The translations under genes were made by a program, and so were the position numbers. Below, piece after piece: positions 19,427 to 29,707 of a DNA stretch of 64,000 nucleotides (position 1 is its first letter; each line of letters begins with the position of its first letter). The notes under the pieces were generated by a model, which saw only the letters and a list, made by a program, of their open reading frames with translations, made no database searches and was not told the DNA's origin. The stretch covers positions 6,990 through 70,989 of the forward strand of contig CAYTGL010000011.1 in the NCBI GenBank assembly GCA_964437335.1. Reading direction: 5' to 3'. The DNA is from an uncultured Chromatiales bacterium (GTDB lineage: Bacteria; Pseudomonadota; Gammaproteobacteria; SZUA-140).

Positions 19427-20578
19427 TTGCCCATGCCCCAATCCATCCCCACTGGCCTAACTCAGGAACACGTCCTCCGCACCCTTGCGGACCTGGATGC
19501 CGGCATCGATCATCCATTTGGCAAGCCGACCGGCTACGAACTGGTCCACAACGACAACCGGTATGCCCCCAAGGCGGTCATTGGCCTGTCTTGCCGCTAC
19601 TCCATCGGTCGCATCCTTCAACCCGAAGAGTTCAGCGGCGGCGAGGCCCCAGGGCAAGCAAACTTCGTCCTGCGTAAACTTGGATTCACTGTGGTGAAAA
19701 AGGGCGAAGAAGAGATTGAGCCGCAGCCTGGCACGGAATGGACGGCAAACGAAGTCCAACTCATCGTGGCCGATTATTTTGCGATGCTGGAAGCCGAACT
19801 TCTCGGCCAACCGTTCAAGAAGTCGGATCATCGAAAGGCACTGATGCCCCAACTCTCTGGCCGATCCAATGGGTCCATCGAGTTCAAGCATCAAAACGTG
19901 AGCGGCGTCCTGGTCGAACTGGGATTGCCTTACATTGAAGGCTACAAACCACGCAGCAATTACCAGGGTATTCTCGCTACCGAGGTTGAAAGCTTCCTGG
20001 ACCAGCATCCTGGCTTCTTGGAAAAGCTGGCCACCGCACCCACCTTGAACCCGGCTTTGAGCGTGCAGATTTCAGCACCCGATTTCGATCAGGTCATCGA
20101 ACCGCCGCCCCAGAAGACAATTGGCCCCAAGCTAACGACCAAACCTTGGTTGACCCGCAAAGCTCGCAAGATCGATTTTGCTGAGCTTGATGCGGTGAAC
20201 CGCCGCCTGGGGAATCTCGGTGAACAATTCGTGTTCGATTTGGAACGGTATCGGTTGAAAGAAGCAGGCCGAGACGATTTGGCTCAGAAGGTGACGTGGG
20301 CATCAAGGGACATTGGCGACGGCCTGGGCTTCGACATTCTTTCGTTCGACGACGCCGACGATTCCGAGAGAATGCTGGAAGTCAAAACGACTGGCCTGGG
20401 AAAGTTCTTTCCCTTCTACGTCACCGGCAACGAGGTCCGCTGTTCAGAGGATATTCCGCAGCAATACCAGCTTTTTCGAGTGTTTGATTTTGGCCGGGAA
20501 CCTCGGCTTTACATCTTGCATGGCTCACTACGGGAGTTATGCCAGCTTGACCCGGTGTTGTATCGGGCGGTGATTTAG
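19427..20578 (+). CDS. DUF3883-domain protein (restriction-associated C-terminal domain)
   Basis: C-terminal GDGLGFDILSFDD...MLEVKTTG...FYVTGNEVRCSE...YQLFRVFDF fits the DUF3883 signature; N-terminal half unassigned. Confidence 0.55.
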   Translation: MPMPQSIPTGLTQEHVLRTLADLDAGIDHPFGKPTGYELVHNDNRYAPKAVIGLSCRYSIGRILQPEEFSGGEAPGQANFVLRKLGFTVVKKGEEEIEPQPGTEWTANEVQLIVADYFAMLEAELLGQPFKKSDHRKALMPQLSGRSNGSIEFKHQNVSGVLVELGLPYIEGYKPRSNYQGILATEVESFLDQHPGFLEKLATAPTLNPALSVQISAPDFDQVIEPPPQKTIGPKLTTKPWLTRKARKIDFAELDAVNRRLGNLGEQFVFDLERYRLKEAGRDDLAQKVTWASRDIGDGLGFDILSFDDADDSERMLEVKTTGLGKFFPFYVTGNEVRCSEDIPQQYQLFRVFDFGREPRLYILHGSLRELCQLDPVLYRAVI

Positions 20579-20804
20579 CTCAAAGCACGCTCGGAGCTAC
20601 CACGCTTTCGGCTAGTTCCACCAGCATTTCCGATCGCAGTCAGTGGCGAAATTCGGAGCGTAGCAGTTAGTTTGGCACGATTGCCCGCTTACTTGCCCCC
20701 AGTATCCTGATTTCCTCATCGCTGCGTAAGGGCTGTCCCGAAGCCATCACCCAAAGATGGAAGACATTCAACGGGAGGCCGAGTAGGGATTGATTTCGAT
20801 CCAA

Positions 20805-20865
20805 GCAGAAAGCACGAAGAGGCCGTCGAATGGATGATGTCGGACGGCCTCTTCGTGCTTTCTGC
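20805..20865. repeat. Perfect 23-bp-stem inverted repeat (hairpin) with 15-nt loop
   Basis: gcagaaagcacgaagaggccgtc ... gacggcctcttcgtgctttctgc; followed on the + strand by a T-rich tract (ctctatttcttccgctttt); possible terminator for the DUF3883 gene. Confidence 0.6.
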
Positions 20866-21809
20866 CTCTATTTCTTCCGCTTTTAGCCCGCTGACTTTTC
20901 TGAGTCGAATTGGTGGGCCGATAATATGACTCAACAAAAGCATCGATTACAGCCAGTCGGTGTATAAAACTATAAAGAAGCTTTTTCAATGACATTTCTG
21001 CCAGGAAACGGACATAATCTATTGAGGGCGCAAGATTGCGAGCGCAGTTCCTCCCTACGGCACAGGTTGAATCCGCATGCTCTAACCATGAAAGGGACGT
21101 TTATATGAATACAGTAGTAGTAATTGTTATTATTGTAACAGTGGCTGTAGTTGTATGTCGCAAGACACTAACAATTATTTGGAAGTAACATGTTATACGC
21201 CAAAATAGCTGTGACAAAACATCGCCCTAACGAAATAGAAAGGCGAAGCTAAGGCGAGAGGTAGGTCCTCTCGCCTTCTTCGTTTTCCCGCCTCCTCCAA
21301 CTCTCTTGAGCCAGCATGTAATCGAGAATGAGTTCGATTTCGACGAACCATCTTCCCTGCTGCAATGCCACCAATCCCGCTGTCGCTACTCCCGAGAATG
21401 GGTCTAGAACTAACCCGCCCCGTTGCAAACCCGACTAGATGCAAGGTTCAATCAGGCGGGGAGGGAGTGTGGGAAATGAGCGGCCTTTTTGGGGTTTGCC
21501 TCCAACCCGCCAGGCATCCCGCTTGTTCCTCTCCCACCCAGGCCGAAGTCGCTTGCCCCTGCTTTGCGTAGCGGGTTCTGTGTTTCCTTTCCCGAGCGCA
21601 TTCAGTTGCCCCGCCGTCCATCCTGGAACTCTGCGGCTTCTTGATTGCCGTTAGACCTCTGCAAGCTTGGCTGCCTCGATTTCAATCGACGATTCAAGAC
21701 AAATCTGCCCGTCTAGTCGATAATCCCGCAGACCGAAGTAGGCGGGGAAGCTAACGCAACAATCAGCCTTCCCATCTCACATCTTGCTACTTCGTTGATG
21801 GCGTCCGCC

Positions 21810-21876
21810 TTACTGAATCACCAATGCCGATAACGGAGTCTCGTTTACTCCGTTATCGGCATTGGTGATTCAGTAA
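21810..21876. repeat. Perfect 30-bp-stem inverted repeat with 7-nt loop
   Basis: ttactgaatcaccaatgccgataacggagt / ctcgttt / actccgttatcggcattggtgattcagtaa; lies in the 1.5-kb non-coding gap upstream of the HNH gene's 3' end. Confidence 0.65.
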
Positions 21877-22072
21877 CCGGCAGGTCCTGGCAGGCATGGC
21901 ATAGACGTTGCATTATTCTATTGCAATGGACATCGGTGAGAGATTGCATGAGCGTTGTTGCCCAAAGTCGGAAAACTCAATCGGCGGTGCGAACAATGGA
22001 CCGGAAAAAAGATTGGCTGCGACACAGAGTCAAGTTCGTAGTTCGAGACACCACGCAGTTCCGTGAGCAACG

Positions 22073-22990
22073 TCAGGATTTCTTTCGCCGAAGAAACGAT
22101 TCCCAGCGTAGCTTCAGCGCCCGACTGCTTGGCTTCTTTGACGAGCATTTGAGAGCTACGCCGTCGAATTCGGCATATCCAGCTTCTCTTGCAGCGGGAT
22201 GAATTTGAACGACAAGTTTCTTCGGTTCAATGCCGATCAAATCCAGGTCGAATAGGGTATGCAGGTCAGCCCGCAGCAGCAATCCATTCTCTGGATGGTT
22301 GTCTCTCTCGCCTCTGTAAGGCTTAATGTGAGCGGCCTCCAAAACGTCCAATAAACGGCACCCAGAGATCATGCAGTTGTCGCCGTATCTTTCCCGTAGC
22401 GACTGCCTGAACACTTGTTGACCTCGGCGGGCTTTGATTTGGCGAAAAGCGATTTCTCTCCAGTCGCCCGGTTCTGGGATGTATTCTGGTCCCCCAATAC
22501 TTTCGCTCGCCTCAACATCGACTAGGTATTCTGAGCCATCGATCTTCTTGAGATGACTGATCCACGATGATTCAAGCGCCCTAGCGGCCTCATCGGCCAA
22601 CATCACTCCCGAAGCTGGCATTCTCCAATAGACTTCCGCAAGTGGGCCATCTTTGATGTCCTCTACCGACAACGGAGTCTGCTCATCCGGATTCAAGATT
22701 CGGTCGAGCACCACGTCTGCACCCAAAGAGGTCTCTCTCCGCAGATTGCGTTCGGGATCAAAATGAGGTTTCTCGGAGACGTGCGAGATACTCGTTCCCG
22801 CAGCAATAATTCCCCTAGGCGACACTCCTTGCTTGAGAAGAAAAACCCGGTCGCCAGGCACCATTTTCTTTGAGTTGCCTGTGCTCCAACGAGTCTTGAA
22901 CGGCTTGCCTTTCGCCGTTTGCTTGCAAACTTTCTCCAAATCCTCCCAGTGCCATCTCGCCGGGTTCCAGGTCAATACAAAGGTTGCCAT
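22073..22990 (-). CDS. HNH endonuclease family protein with N-terminal reader-like domain
   Basis: C-terminal CMISGCRLLDVLEAAHIKPY...NGLLLRADLHTLFD is the HNH (HNH_2-type) motif; N-terminus MATFVLTWNPARW resembles PUA/EVE-like modified-base reader domains (weak). Confidence 0.65.
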   Translation of the reverse strand: MATFVLTWNPARWHWEDLEKVCKQTAKGKPFKTRWSTGNSKKMVPGDRVFLLKQGVSPRGIIAAGTSISHVSEKPHFDPERNLRRETSLGADVVLDRILNPDEQTPLSVEDIKDGPLAEVYWRMPASGVMLADEAARALESSWISHLKKIDGSEYLVDVEASESIGGPEYIPEPGDWREIAFRQIKARRGQQVFRQSLRERYGDNCMISGCRLLDVLEAAHIKPYRGERDNHPENGLLLRADLHTLFDLDLIGIEPKKLVVQIHPAAREAGYAEFDGVALKCSSKKPSSRALKLRWESFLRRKKS

Positions 22991-23419
22991 ACGGTGAAGA
23001 ACCTCGCCTGTTAGCCATTTGCTTCATCGAGCCATTGGAGCCGCTTACCGATTATATAACCCTTCATTGGTTGCTCCACAATTGCCCCTGCTTCAGTCAG
23101 CGGCTTTACATGATCTTCACCGGCCAAAGCGACCAATGGCGACTCCGCCAAACCAGCCGACTCCATTTGCTCTTGAACTTTTCGCCCCCATGCTCGGCGT
23201 CTGCGATTCGCATGCTTCTTAATGTCACATTGTATGGCGCTATCATCGCAGTCGGATCGACTAGCCCGTGAAGCGCTGACAAGATGAACCAGCGACCTCG
23301 TTGCTCTGCATAAGTGCGGGACTTCTTGAACAGTGAGGAAATGTAAAGATCAGCAGCCGGTGCTGCATCCTTCAGTTTACGACCGCAACATGCGACAAGA
23401 ATGGTTGAATCCAATGGAA

Positions 23420-24403
23420 CTACTCCCCCATTTCCTCCACCCACTTCGTCGTCACCCGCACGTATTCGCATTTTCCACCACCCAACCGACCCACACTTTC
23501 CGTCAAGTCGTGTGCGGCACCCAATACGATCAAGCCAAAGGTGCCGTTGTCAAGAACCGCCTTCACCTGGGCGTCGTGACGAGCTTCAATCGTAGCTGGG
23601 TCGAGCTTGACTTCGCCCGTGGCAGCAAGCGGCTGTGCGTTCTGGTATGCCACTGTTTCTTCCAGCGGCAATACGTCGTCCAATTCGCCGGAAACAAGCA
23701 GTCGGCCCGCCGCTCCAATCTCCAGCATGCGGACCTTGTGTTCATCCAGCATCACTTGCAACTTGTTTTGAATTTCCAACGCCTCGTCGCCTAGCTTTCG
23801 AGCCTCCTCAAGTTGCTGGCGGATTACTGGCATTTGTTCACGCTCCATCGAACGCAAAACGGCAATTTTCGCCTGATAGTCGCTCAAAGCATCCGGCGAA
23901 AGCCCCTCACTGTAAACTGCCTTTAAGCCATGGTGCTTGATGAGGCAGCGGAGCAGCGCAATTTGTTCGATTTGAACCAAATCGACTTCCAGCAAAAACT
24001 CTTGGTACAGCCGGTCGATCTCGTTCGGTGACATCTTTTGATCGTTTGCAGTTTCCACGTCTTGGGCGAATAAAGCCTTGGGGAGGAAATGCCAATCTCG
24101 GAGATGAATGATGCGGGAGGTTGGCTTGTCAGTCGTTTTGCTGGATTCGACCTTGGCCACACCTGGCAGTTGCCGCAGGAGGTCAGCAATGGATGAATCC
24201 AGGTCGTCGATCTGAATGCTGCTCTTGGGAACGTAATTGGCAACGGCTTCGGCGGACTCCTCTTCCTGCATAGCGACCTGATGCTGAAGAAAAGGAAGAT
24301 TGGGCACGGAAGGATATCGGCAGGTCGGGAACACAGCCGGAAGAACTAGAGCGGCGGCCAGCAAGCACAGGACCGCCACAATGATTGCCCCTCGAACGCC
24401 CAT
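23420..24403 (-). CDS. Membrane-anchored hypothetical protein (327 aa)
   Basis: N-terminal signal/TM segment (AIIVAVLCLLAAALVLPAVF); starts 1 bp after the stop of the NERD-helicase gene, so probably co-transcribed. Confidence 0.55.
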   Translation of the reverse strand: MGVRGAIIVAVLCLLAAALVLPAVFPTCRYPSVPNLPFLQHQVAMQEEESAEAVANYVPKSSIQIDDLDSSIADLLRQLPGVAKVESSKTTDKPTSRIIHLRDWHFLPKALFAQDVETANDQKMSPNEIDRLYQEFLLEVDLVQIEQIALLRCLIKHHGLKAVYSEGLSPDALSDYQAKIAVLRSMEREQMPVIRQQLEEARKLGDEALEIQNKLQVMLDEHKVRMLEIGAAGRLLVSGELDDVLPLEETVAYQNAQPLAATGEVKLDPATIEARHDAQVKAVLDNGTFGLIVLGAAHDLTESVGRLGGGKCEYVRVTTKWVEEMGE

Positions 24404-26416
24404 TTATTGTCCCCTTTGCCTGGCCAATTCTGCTTGGCGATCTAAGATCTTCACCCATTCGGCAACCAGTCCCTCACCTCGGTAAGCGAAAACCTCCAGG
24501 TATTCGATTGCTCTCGTACAACCAACGTAGAAGTTAATCCTGCCAGCCAGGTCTCGATCAAACTCGTTTGCCGAAGCGAGCAGGACGCAATATGCATCAT
24601 AACCTTTCGCCGAGGCCGTGGTGGAAAGGGTGAGCGTGGATCGCTGGCCCAGCAGCTTGTCCTGCTCCCTGAAAGCAACATGCAGTCCGTCGATGCCCTT
24701 GATCCCGGCGGCGACAACAGCGGCGGCAATTCGTTCGACCCGGTTCTTTCTCATCGAAAGTACCAAGATATCCTGAGGACGAACTCGCTGCTCTTCAATC
24801 AGCCAACGCAACCGAGTTACGATGTCCTGAACTTCTGCTGCCGGCGATGGTGCCATCGAAAGCTTGGGTGCCTCGCCACCACGAACTGCGAAGTTGACCT
24901 TCCAAAATCCTTCTGCGGGCAAAATCAACTGCTTATCTTCCAGGCTGGCAATATCACCAAATTCCTTCGTGGGAACATCGGCCTTGTCGTCAGCCGCCGT
25001 CCCATACAGCACGTTAAAGGCGGCTTCCACAATGGGACGAGTGTTGCGAAAGCATTGGGACATCACGTGTGCCCGGCCACCCCTGACGTTAAGGCCAACA
25101 GACAACCAGTTGGGCCGCTTTCGTCCGAGGAAGTTCTGGGCATCGTCGTAGAAGACGTAAATGTTTGGATCGTGTCCTTCAGCAACCTGGCAAAGTTCCT
25201 TGAGCAGCCGGAAATCTTCTTCCAGGAAATCCTGCCCTTCGTCCACGAAGATCGCATCGTAAGCCACGGCGTCAAAGATTTCGGGATGCTTCTGCTTTAC
25301 GTCCAGCAGTTCCTTCAAGTATTGCGCCGCCCGATCTTCATCTGTCCCAGCTTCAATTCGTTGGTATCGCCACAGCCCCTTCTGGGACAAGTGCCACATC
25401 AGCCGATTGTAGGAGAAGACTTCGACTCCCTCGGCAGGAAGTGGCTGTCCAGTTCGCTGTTGATAAGCCAGCCCGATTTTCTTTTCCAAAAAGGGCACCA
25501 GCGACCGGTTGTTGCAGACCGCCAGTATTCGTGGTGCCGGGCTTGAGTCCTTAAACAGATCGTTTTCAACCTGCAACCGCTGTAGCCGTCGAGCGAGATT
25601 GTTCGCCAAGACGATTGTCTTACCGCTGCCGGCCACGCCACGGATCAATCGTGGCCCTTCGTGCCAATTCTGCGAGGACAGCTTCTGTTGTTCATCCGAG
25701 AGCGTTTTGTACGTTTCGGCGGCCTCATCAAACAGTTCCCCCAGCGTCCCCTCAGGAACCCGACGAACTTCCCTTTCTTCGGGGCCGTGAAACAGTACCG
25801 AGGAATCGCCAAAGGCCGCCCAAACCGCTGCTATTTGATCAGCAGGCCACGATTTCATTCCCAAATTGGCCAGTTGTATTTGGCCAATGCTACGAAGGCG
25901 GTCGCCCAATCCTGCGAGATCTTCGCTGAAGATGAACTCGTTCGGGCAATAAGCTTGGTCGCCCCACCTGGCTAGCCAGGTCGCCTTGCTGATCCTGGGA
26001 AAGGCCACCCAATACTTGAAGGACAAGAACAAATCGCCGTCAAATGCCTGCTCGGTGGCATTCTTGACGTCGAACATGGCACTGCGGACCTGAGCCACGG
26101 GGTTTCTCGTGCGGTTGCCGCTTTCGTACCGGAACCGAAGCTGGCCCCCTGGCTCGATTGCTTCAATTTGATCCAGATCGTGGCCCTTCACTTCGATGAC
26201 GTGCAGGCCAGCCACGGTATCGACCAGAACCAGGTCGGGAGGCCGTTTGGTGGTGCGAGCCAAGCTTGGTTCACAAAGCACGGTGGCGTCCGGGTGGTTG
26301 AATCCCTGGACTAAACTGGCCATCGTCTGTCGATGGGCGTCGTTGCCAGCGTCCTCCCAGCCGAAGACACGACATTTCGCAGAATTCACCAGTCGTTCAA
26401 GCTCGTTTTGTCGCAT
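24404..26416 (-). CDS. NERD-domain nuclease fused to UvrD/SF1-like helicase
   Basis: N-terminal PDLVLVDTVAGLHVIEVKGHDL (NERD, PD-(D/E)xK-like); Walker A IRGVAGSGKTIV; Walker B IFVDEGQDF; SF1 helicase C-terminal region. Confidence 0.75.
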   Translation of the reverse strand: MRQNELERLVNSAKCRVFGWEDAGNDAHRQTMASLVQGFNHPDATVLCEPSLARTTKRPPDLVLVDTVAGLHVIEVKGHDLDQIEAIEPGGQLRFRYESGNRTRNPVAQVRSAMFDVKNATEQAFDGDLFLSFKYWVAFPRISKATWLARWGDQAYCPNEFIFSEDLAGLGDRLRSIGQIQLANLGMKSWPADQIAAVWAAFGDSSVLFHGPEEREVRRVPEGTLGELFDEAAETYKTLSDEQQKLSSQNWHEGPRLIRGVAGSGKTIVLANNLARRLQRLQVENDLFKDSSPAPRILAVCNNRSLVPFLEKKIGLAYQQRTGQPLPAEGVEVFSYNRLMWHLSQKGLWRYQRIEAGTDEDRAAQYLKELLDVKQKHPEIFDAVAYDAIFVDEGQDFLEEDFRLLKELCQVAEGHDPNIYVFYDDAQNFLGRKRPNWLSVGLNVRGGRAHVMSQCFRNTRPIVEAAFNVLYGTAADDKADVPTKEFGDIASLEDKQLILPAEGFWKVNFAVRGGEAPKLSMAPSPAAEVQDIVTRLRWLIEEQRVRPQDILVLSMRKNRVERIAAAVVAAGIKGIDGLHVAFREQDKLLGQRSTLTLSTTASAKGYDAYCVLLASANEFDRDLAGRINFYVGCTRAIEYLEVFAYRGEGLVAEWVKILDRQAELARQRGQ

Positions 26417-26768
26417 CGGCCTTGCATGTCCCCGTCGCTTTCGAATGTTCCACCCAATTGGACATTATGCCTGCTGGGGGACGATGCACAAAGAGATGGT
26501 CGGGGATGGAATGGTTGCGGCAGCGGCAGCTTTGGCTATTCTCAGGATCGCCGATACTTCTGTCCTCTACTGTTGGATATCTGCTCCGGTGACTCCTTTC
26601 GGCTAGAAGCCATCGTGGAATCGACTGGTCAACGAGACAAGGCAGACGAACAACCCTTTGTAGTTTGGCGACGACGAGAGTTCGGTGAGGGGCGGCGGAG
26701 TTGCTACTTGGTCGAGGTTGGCAGCAAACGAGTGAGCTATGAGAAACTAAACGCTTTGAGGCAACGTA

Positions 26769-28562
26769 ATGACAGCTAGTCCAATCACACTGTCGTTTCC
26801 GACACTCTGCTCTCTCTTGTCGAACAGCGCCTTTGAGAAGGACGTTGAATTCGCATTAGAACTGGCTTCATCGAACACCTTGGAGCAAGACTTGCGGATT
26901 TTGCTAGAAGAAAAGGCTTTTGACTTGAACGATTTGATGTGGGGTGTTCTTTGTACGGCACTACTACAACATAACGATCCGGGGACAGTGGCACTTGAAT
27001 CGAATCTTACGGCAATTGTTGCTGCCGTTGGAATCGACGAGGCTCGTAAAGCCTATCGTAACAAACTCCTGGTCAATTGCGAGGACACGCTAGAGGACGC
27101 TCGTTATGAAATCGCTGTGACAGCACAACTTTGTCGAATACTTGATGCTGGATCAATACGCCTTGAATATCCCATCCCCGGCTCGAAGAACAATTCGGAC
27201 GTGTTCGGAACTCTTGATGGCGAGTCAATCCGAATTGAAGTGACGGTACTTCATGAGTGCCTTCCGCCGGCTGCTGATCTCGATTTGGATGACGTTGTTC
27301 GTGCTGCCACAATGGACTCCGGATTCATTGTCAATTTGAATCGAGTGCTTGCAAATCAAGACCATGCGGAAAGAGTGCGCTCAATAATTGAGCTTCTGCA
27401 CGAATCACACATGAAAGCAGAAGGCGAGTATCAGGAAATTGACCGTTTGCCTTTCGAGTGGCGAGGCGGAGCATATCACTGTGAGCGACGAGAGTCTCCC
27501 ATAAAGACCATTCAATTCGATCTGCCTGTTGAAACTCGACAGATCATTCATCCTGTTTTTACCAGAAGCACCACACCACCGCACATCAAAAAAGATTTTG
27601 AGCAACCCGCTGGAGTTACGTCACTATTTGACGTCCCACGGAACCCCGATACGCACAATGATAATCCTCTAAGTACAAAAGTTCGGCAAATGCTCGATGC
27701 TAAGCGTCGGCAATGTGAAGACGGCGTTGTCAATATAGTTGCCTTGTGTAACCCATTGCCATTCCACGACAGAAAAGTCGCAAGTGCGGTGTATGGCGTG
27801 CCAATGGTTATCGTTCCCTACGATGAAGACGAAACCGGGATGCGACATTTTAAGGAGACACTTGTCCGAAGAAATCACAAGGCCCCGTTCTCGCCCGACA
27901 ACGTGATGAGCGATGACGAACGAGAAGAGTTTCTTGAGCCGTTTAGAAAGCTATCAGGGGTGTGGCTGTTTCGCTTGGGAATTTATGCCAGAAGTCAGCT
28001 ATTGCCTAATTTCAACGCCGCTCGGACGATCCCGGACAAGCTCGTTGATTTCTTGTCCGTTAAAGAAATCGCTACACCTGCTCCTCTCGAACCTAGCGAA
28101 TGCACTGTCGAATTGGCGGGCCTCAGCAATGCGAACGACGGAGTGCCTGCGATGGCTGATGACTATGTCACTGTATGCCGCAGCTACGAACAGGCGAGAA
28201 ATGCATTGGCAGAACTTAGGAGAACTGGCGTGCCTTTTTCGGAGCTTGAGTCAAGGCTCGACCAGCTCAAACGCACTTCCGATACACAGGGACAAGCATT
28301 CTGCGAGCCAATCGAAGAGGAATGGGCCATTAGTTTTGTGCTGGAGTGTGGCGGCTTTCCCCAAGCTGATGCATGCCTTAGCTCCTGGGCAATGGAGAAT
28401 GGCATTGTAAGTCCAGTGGAAGATCGCCGGCGGTGGATCGAAGAGAACGCATACTTTCGCTGGTTAAATGAGTGCTATCACCACGGCAATGATGTGCGAC
28501 ACTGGTACGAGGCCGAAATTGCATACGGCGAAGTCCACCCCGAGGGCAAGGGGGCGGAGTAG
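26769..28562 (+). CDS. Hypothetical protein (597 aa)
   Basis: Long uninterrupted ORF of lower GC; no recognisable motifs. Confidence 0.55.
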   Translation: MTASPITLSFPTLCSLLSNSAFEKDVEFALELASSNTLEQDLRILLEEKAFDLNDLMWGVLCTALLQHNDPGTVALESNLTAIVAAVGIDEARKAYRNKLLVNCEDTLEDARYEIAVTAQLCRILDAGSIRLEYPIPGSKNNSDVFGTLDGESIRIEVTVLHECLPPAADLDLDDVVRAATMDSGFIVNLNRVLANQDHAERVRSIIELLHESHMKAEGEYQEIDRLPFEWRGGAYHCERRESPIKTIQFDLPVETRQIIHPVFTRSTTPPHIKKDFEQPAGVTSLFDVPRNPDTHNDNPLSTKVRQMLDAKRRQCEDGVVNIVALCNPLPFHDRKVASAVYGVPMVIVPYDEDETGMRHFKETLVRRNHKAPFSPDNVMSDDEREEFLEPFRKLSGVWLFRLGIYARSQLLPNFNAARTIPDKLVDFLSVKEIATPAPLEPSECTVELAGLSNANDGVPAMADDYVTVCRSYEQARNALAELRRTGVPFSELESRLDQLKRTSDTQGQAFCEPIEEEWAISFVLECGGFPQADACLSSWAMENGIVSPVEDRRRWIEENAYFRWLNECYHHGNDVRHWYEAEIAYGEVHPEGKGAE

Positions 28563-28941
28563 ACTTCGTTTGGAAAGATTCCTGCGTCCAACCAAAGCTG
28601 GGACTGCTCGAAGCTGGCCGCCGAGACGACGGCTGTTGCTAGTGCCCGACTCCGCAGTATACGCTGAGTACGACCTCGCCTTCCGAAGCTGCAATTGTCC
28701 GGGGCTTACGCATCCCAAATGACCATTGTTCCAGCGAGGTCGGCTTGCTTGCACTTAGCGGAATGGCGGCTATGCTAAACCTCGTCAGCATACCTGCCCC
28801 ATGCTGGCAAAATTTCCGCCCCGTTGGCTACTGCCCCGCCAACGGGGCTTTTTCGTTTGGTGGCTCAGCCCGTTGTCTACCCAAGCTCGTCGCCGTGGTG
28901 CGGAGGGCCGACCATTAAGTTGCCAAATCAAGGCGAATACG

Positions 28942-29313
28942 ATGACTGATAACCCCCGACTTGTGAGGCTCCAGGGAGACCTACCTAGGTCCGCCCACAG
29001 CATTGAGTACACGGAAGAGGGGACGCTTGTTGCCGACTTATACGACTTCAGTGAAAAAGCAAATGACATGTTAGGGGGAGACGTCGCCTGGATAATTACG
29101 GTTCCCAAAGAAGCCGTTCCGCAGGTCGTGGCTCTCCTGAAACAGGAATCTGCATTGCAGGACAGCATAAACGAACTGCCGGGGACAACAGACGATCCGA
29201 TGTTGGACTTTCTTCCGCTGCTGCCTCTGCAATTTAAGCACATCCCCGACTTCCAGAAATGGCTTGAACGCAATGGCATCTCTTACACTAAGGAACGTGA
29301 TCCCTGGCCTTAA
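28942..29313 (+). CDS. Hypothetical protein (123 aa; start at internal Met MTDNPRL)
   Basis: ORF-track entry 28801..29313 trimmed to the first Met that has coding-like sequence after it. Confidence 0.4.
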   Translation: MTDNPRLVRLQGDLPRSAHSIEYTEEGTLVADLYDFSEKANDMLGGDVAWIITVPKEAVPQVVALLKQESALQDSINELPGTTDDPMLDFLPLLPLQFKHIPDFQKWLERNGISYTKERDPWP

Positions 29314-29335
29314 ATCATTGCAACGATTCCCTGAT

Positions 29336-29707
29336 TTATCTGGGCCATTTCCACTCGCTCATCGGCGGTCCACCTGCGTTTACCCATGCTTGAAGCTCCT
29401 CGTAGCTCCAGCGGACCAGCCGTCCAATCTTGATTGGCTGGGGTATTCTTCCTGTTTGCGTCATCTGCCAGATCGTCCTCGCTGAGACATTGAGGAGCTT
29501 CGTTGCTGCCTTCGTGTCGATCAACAGTCCCTTGTCCTCCGGCATCTTCTGCCCGGCAAGATTCGCATGGTGGGAAGCTCGGAGACGGGCCTCTCGTTGC
29601 GGATCGAAGCCGACAGCGACATTAACTGCCTTTTGAACGATCTCCGACAATGCGGCCTCGAAGCCAGCATCCAGCGTAAACGTGACCTGCATCTGAATTG
29701 TTTTCAC
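29336..29707 (-). CDS. AlpA/excisionase-like HTH DNA-binding protein
   Basis: C-terminal LLNVSARTIWQMTQTGRIPQPIKIGRLVRWSYEELQAWV matches the HTH_17 (AlpA/Xis) pattern. Confidence 0.6.
   Translation of the reverse strand: MKTIQMQVTFTLDAGFEAALSEIVQKAVNVAVGFDPQREARLRASHHANLAGQKMPEDKGLLIDTKAATKLLNVSARTIWQMTQTGRIPQPIKIGRLVRWSYEELQAWVNAGGPPMSEWKWPR

Noticed and set aside
19457-20008. 183-aa minus-strand ORF
   Set aside because: Antisense to the DUF3883 gene, which has the conserved C-terminal motifs.
24680-25546. 288-aa + strand ORF
   Set aside because: Antisense to the NERD-helicase gene, whose Walker motifs are intact.
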